Shown here: positions 58,458 to 64,000 of the stretch, piece by piece | Layout of the letters: each line of letters starts with the position of its first letter | Numbering within the stretch: the stretch's first letter is position 1 | NCBI GenBank assembly: GCA_050613775.1 | Contig: JBODTK010000135.1 | Location: forward strand, 1 to 64,000 | Direction: 5' to 3' | Source of the DNA: Neocallimastix sp. 'constans' | Lineage: Eukaryota | DNA length: 64,000 nt | Program-made: the position numbers and the translations under genes | Notes under the pieces: model-generated | What the model was told of the DNA's origin: nothing | Databases searched by the model: none | What the model saw: only the letters and a program-made list of their open reading frames with translations

Positions 58458-61400
58458 GTTTTTTTTTGTTTTATAATTACCAATAACGTGAAATTATAAA
58501 TTAAAAAAATAAAAAATTAAAAATAAAATTTATTAATTTCATGTTTTATCTTTGATAATAATATCCCTAATTTTTTTAATTAAAACAAATATATATATAT
58601 AAATACGAATGAAAAAAAAAACTAGAAAAAAAAAATAAGGAACTTTAATTATATTTGTAACAAAATGAAACTTAAAAGATATTTCTTTCTTCCATAAATT
58701 TTAAAGGATTATAATAATATTTGATTATAATAGTAAAAAAAAATAAAAAATAAAGATAAAAAATAAATTAATTTTATAATTATAAATAAAACAATAATAT
58801 AAATAAATTAATGGTTATTTTTTTTTCCTTTATTATAACAAAAATAATTATAAATAAAATTAAATAAGTATGAGATTTTTTTTTTTTTTTAATATTTTTA
58901 ATTTCCTTACCTATAAAACTTATTTTTATTAATTAAATAAAAACTAATTATTTTATTTCTAATACAATAATACTAATATTATAATAATAATACAAATCAT
59001 CAATTATGATACAAATATAGTATAATATCATTATTTTTAATGCTAATCGATAATATAAATTAATTATTACAGAAATAATATTTAAACATAAGAATAAAAT
59101 TTAAATTCTTAATCATAATATTATAATATAATAATATTATGATGATAATAAATAATAAATAAATAATATATAATAAATAATAAATAAATAATATATATTA
59201 AATAAATAATATATAATAAATAAATAATAGTTTATATATTTTTACAGTTATTATAATATTAGCTATCATTTATTATTTAAACTTTAAAATGTTGAATAAT
59301 CAGAAAGAAAAAAGTAATTTTTCAATAAAATGTCTTCAAATATTAAAGCTTATTTATAAATTAAGAGATTCATGTGGAATAATCTTTTTTTTTTGTAGAT
59401 TGTATCAAAAATTGTAATCTTATCTAGAAATTGTTTAAAAAGGATTACTATTATAATTAAAATATAAAATACTATATGTAATATAATAGAATAAAAAAAT
59501 TTTTGCTTATCATAGAGAAAGTGGATATATAATTTATATTATAAAATTTATATATCATAATACTATTATATAATATTTATCTTTGTATAATTTATAAATA
59601 ATAATTATTATAATTATTTAGAAATTGGTATAGGCAATTCTAATATTATTTTATAATTTTTATTATTTATTAAAGTTATCAATACCAAATTTTATTTATT
59701 TAGTAATTTTTTTTTTAATTATTTTGATAAAAATAAAAATAAGTTTATTATAAACAATACTCAAACTATATTTCTATAAAAAAAAGAACATTTACTATTA
59801 TTTTATAAAGATTTAATTTCTAATAACTGGTATAATTTAATTAATAATAATATTATTATTTATTAAAGTTACTTAAATATTAAATTAAAAAAATTTAAGA
59901 ATAAAAATTCTTATTTTAAAATATTTTTATATATATAATAATTATTATTATTATTTATTAAAAATATTTAATAAATCATAACATTTATATTAATATTATA
60001 TATATTATAAATTTTATTTAATAAAAAATTTCATTTTATGGGAAATAATAATATAAACAATTTATATTATTTTATATAGAAATATAAATTTTAATTATTA
60101 TAATTGTTGATCGTTTATAAATATATATAATTATTATTATTATTATTTTTATATTTGAAACATTTTATATATAAAATTTTTATAATCTGATAGTTTTAAT
60201 TCATTTTCTATTATAATAATTAATATTATTATATAATTATTACTTTTTATATAAACTTAAATAAATAATAATGTTGATGATTAACAATACATTAATTGTA
60301 ATTGGCTAAATATATATTAAAAATGTTTTTTTTTTACTTCGTAAAAAAATATGCGGTTTATACATCATTATGTGAGACAAGTAAATTTAAATAACTCTTC
60401 ATGAATAAAAATATCACTCACTTTTATTTTAACCCATTAATAACTATATTTAATGGATTATATATAGTTATTTATAATCCATATTTTCAATAAATTAGGA
60501 TTTTTTCTCTAATTTATATTTAAATAAAAAATAATGAAAAACAATTTCATAGTTCCATCATTTATTTTATTTAATTTATTAAAAATTTAGTATTTAATTC
60601 TTTATATATTCAGTAATACGAAATACTTTTTTGATAAATACATATGATGTAGATATGGTTTTTCTAATTAAAAGTGTTAAATATTTTTTATAAGTTTTTA
60701 TAAATATTCTTTTATTAGAATTCTTTTATTATATTAACCAAAAAAAAAATAAACCAATTTAATAATAATTATTTAATATAATTTTGATTAAAAATATTCC
60801 TATATTCCGTTACCCAATATAAACATTTAAATATTGATATAATATGAAATACTCAAACCTTAATTAATACAAAATAATTTTTAATTTAAATCTAATGATT
60901 TTATAATGTCCTTTATAAGTGACGTGAAGTGACGTGACTTTATTTCTAAATATTAATTATACTTAATACAATAAGAAAGAATAAAATTTAACATAATGTA
61001 TTAATCATATTTTTTTTATTTTATAATTATATTTATATAGTTATTAAATATTTCCTTAAATAATAATTATTAATATTTATAATACTTTACATAAAAATTC
61101 ATTAAATAGTTTATTTTAATTACAAGAACAACTAATGAAATAGATAATTATAATTAAATATCATAAAAATAAAACATTTCTCTGAATTAAGAATATGTGA
61201 GAAAGTTGCTTGGTAGTTTTAATGTGTAATCAAATATTTTTATTTTTACTTGAATAAATATAAGTGATCATATTTAAATAATATTATATTAAGCATATAT
61301 ATTTAATAATAATTGGCATATTAAGTTTAAAGTTCCAAAAGACGATGACATCAGTATATCATAGGAATTTTTCTAATTCAATAAAAATAAAATAATGATA

Positions 61401-62199
61401 TGTTCTATCGATAATATAGGAATTTATTGAAAATATGACAAGATTTATTAAATTCTCTTGAAATAAAAATGAAAATTAATTAATTCCATAATTAAATTAA
61501 AATATTATAGATAATTAAATATATTTTTTATTTTAACTATTAAAAATTTAAATATTTTATATTAATATATATATATATATATCACAGCATTTATAATTTT
61601 TATGTTTGTATTAATATAAATAATAATTTAATATAATTTATTATTATTTTACTATAATTTTTATATTAATAAAAAAAATGAAATTAGTGTTAATAATATA
61701 CATATAAAAAAAAAAAGATAAAATTAGTAAATATATTTATTATTATTTATAATAATTATAATAATAAAATAATAAAAGTCGAATATTATAATAAAATTTA
61801 ATATTTACTTTTTTTTATCTATTTTTTTAGTAGATAGGTAAATATATATATATGTGCTAAAGCACATATATTTATGAACTATAAATATTTCATATATTAG
61901 AGATGTTATACCCGAAATAAATACTTCATACATTAAATTATTCGTTCTAACAAATGTTGATTTATTTTTTTTTTTAAAAAAAAAGTAAGAGAATATACTT
62001 CCATAATTTTATTAATTTTATTATAAAAATTACATGTAGGTAAAAAGTACATTTGAAATTAAAAATAAAAAAAAAAATTTAAAAAATAAAAAATAAAAAA
62101 GCTCAAAAAATACTATGCAAGTTGTACTATGCGGGAATTTTCTCTTCCTAACAAATAAAAAAGAAATAAAACCAAGAAGTAACATCTTTAAAATAAATA

Positions 62200-63110
62200 G
62201 TGTGGTGTCCACTAAATTCTACACGGATTCATCATTTATTGAAATTCTATGTCGAGATTTACCCTTCGTAGAAATAGATAATGATCATGTATTATCATTA
62301 TACCTTATCAGTATGATAGTCGACGCTCTTGGTTAAGCTCGGTATTTTGGAATACCTATCAAATAATAGCTCCAAACGAACTACTTATGATAAGTATTGC
62401 GCTAGTTAAGAATTCCACCAAGCCCATTATTTTTGGAACAGGTGACTCAGATGAACCTTTGGAAAGTACTTCATTTAATTGTCTTTGTTCCCCTCTATCG
62501 AAATGTAGCTCGTTTAAAGCTAAAGTTCCACCAAGAAGGAACAAGTATATATAATGATTGATATAATCTTCAAAATCAGAAATAGAGTCATAGGACGAAA
62601 GAGGATTTAACGCTCTAATCTTCCTTACGAACAAAACATAGAGATCATCGATAAAATTTAAAGAATTCCATCTAAAAATGCAAGTGCATTGCATTTAAAA
62701 ATCTAATGCTCAAAAGATTGATTACCTTCCCCACAACAGGGGCAAGTCTTGGGACAATCATCTGAAACTCTATCTATTCTAATAGCAATAGTAATATTGT
62801 ATTTATAACTACAGTGTAAATATATAATCCACGAAAACCCTAAGTTGAATTGGGAATATTTTAAACTAACCATTATTATATCTTTATTATTTGAGAACTT
62901 GTTATTATCGTAATTTTGACCATTAATACCTTGAAATTTGGAAACTGATTTCCAGTAACGTTCTAAAATATCGTCATATTTCACACATTTATTTTTTTTT
63001 TGATTTTTTTATACAGTGTTCTAGATTCTTTAGTTCAGAAATAATAAAGCATTTTGGAAATATATTTAATGAGATCCTTTATAATGCAGTTAGATTTACT
63101 CCATTTTACA
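62200..63110 (-). mobile_element. 3' fragment of a second non-LTR retrotransposon, same clade as 38812-40218
   Basis: KWSKSNCIIKDL resembles KWKNSKCIISDL; CPKTCPCCGEGNQSFEH*IFKC is a zinc-binding motif; YLFLLGG resembles YNFLLG; stops and frameshifts present. Confidence 0.8.
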
Positions 63111-63186
63111 AACAAAAATGTTGATTGATATATAATTATTACATTATTAAAATATTTTACTTTATTATAATAATTTAATTAAATCT

Positions 63187-63187
63187 A

Positions 63188-63218
<31 letters not shown>

Positions 63219-63223
63219 TACTA

Positions 63224-63254
<31 letters not shown>

Positions 63255-63257
63255 TAC

Positions 63258-63314
<57 letters not shown>

Positions 63315-63329
63315 TATTATTATTATTAC

Positions 63330-63390
<61 letters not shown>

Positions 63391-63418
63391 GTCAGTTGTT
63401 GTTGTTGTTGTTGTTGTT
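63187..63418. repeat. (TAT)n microsatellite followed by (GTT)n
   Basis: Direct reading. Confidence 0.95.
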
Positions 63419-64000
63419 TTAAATATTTGCACAAATATTGACAAAAAAAATGAAATAAAAAATTTTTTAGAAAATAATTTATAAACAAAAATATTTTTAT
63501 AATATATTTAATATTTTTTATTTGTATATTTTATTAATTTATTAATTTATTATTACATGTGTTTTATATATATATATATATATTTTCTAACTTTTCTAAC
63601 TTTAACAGTTTTATTTATTTATTTATTTATTATATTATATTTTTTTTTTTTTTTTGTTAAATTTTATTTCACTTCTTTTTTTTTCTCTATATATATTTAT
63701 TTTTCCTTAAAAATTATTAATTAAAATGGTATATTATAAAAAAAAATATTATCTATAAATTTATGAATAAATTATATTTAAAAAAATTTTTTTTAATAAT
63801 TTTCTTTTTTTTTTTTTTTTATAATTTTTTATTTAAATAATTTATTTCATCTTCTAAAACAAAATAATTATTGCAATTGGTCAAAGATCTACCGTTATTA
63901 GATAAATTTCTTATTAGTAGATCATCATAATCAGATATAAATTTATTATTACTATTAGATAGATTATCTTTTGGTAATTCATGAGATATATGATTTTTAA

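Overview
Extremely AT-rich, intron-containing eukaryotic DNA. It is almost certainly an anaerobic gut fungus (Neocallimastigomycota), judged from a fungal-dockerin (CBM10-like) cellulosomal enzyme and an SBP-7TM receptor fusion. Contents in order: (1) a 5-exon sugar-binding-protein/7TM receptor gene (2109-5015, +); (2) a decayed Cys-rich secreted-protein pseudogene; (3) an intronless ricin-B + 2x dockerin + feruloyl-esterase-like gene (-); (4) a co-oriented array of seven small BTB/POZ-like genes (3 intact, 2 disrupted, 2 relics), where all five full-length copies share an N-terminal LPSPPSSP motif, a conserved TATA-like element and, in four of them, a conserved 3' motif; (5) an intronless bacterial-type acyltransferase-3 gene whose two hallmark motifs are altered; (6) three paralogous two-exon genes for an unrecognised 7TM GPCR-like family (-); (7) relics of two non-LTR retrotransposons and one Gypsy element, a 1.2-kb TIR element with an 8-bp TSD and a nested foldback, and many microsatellites. 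The best candidates for undescribed biology are the orphan 7TM family and the degron-bearing BTB-only array. All calls are by-eye; no searches were run.
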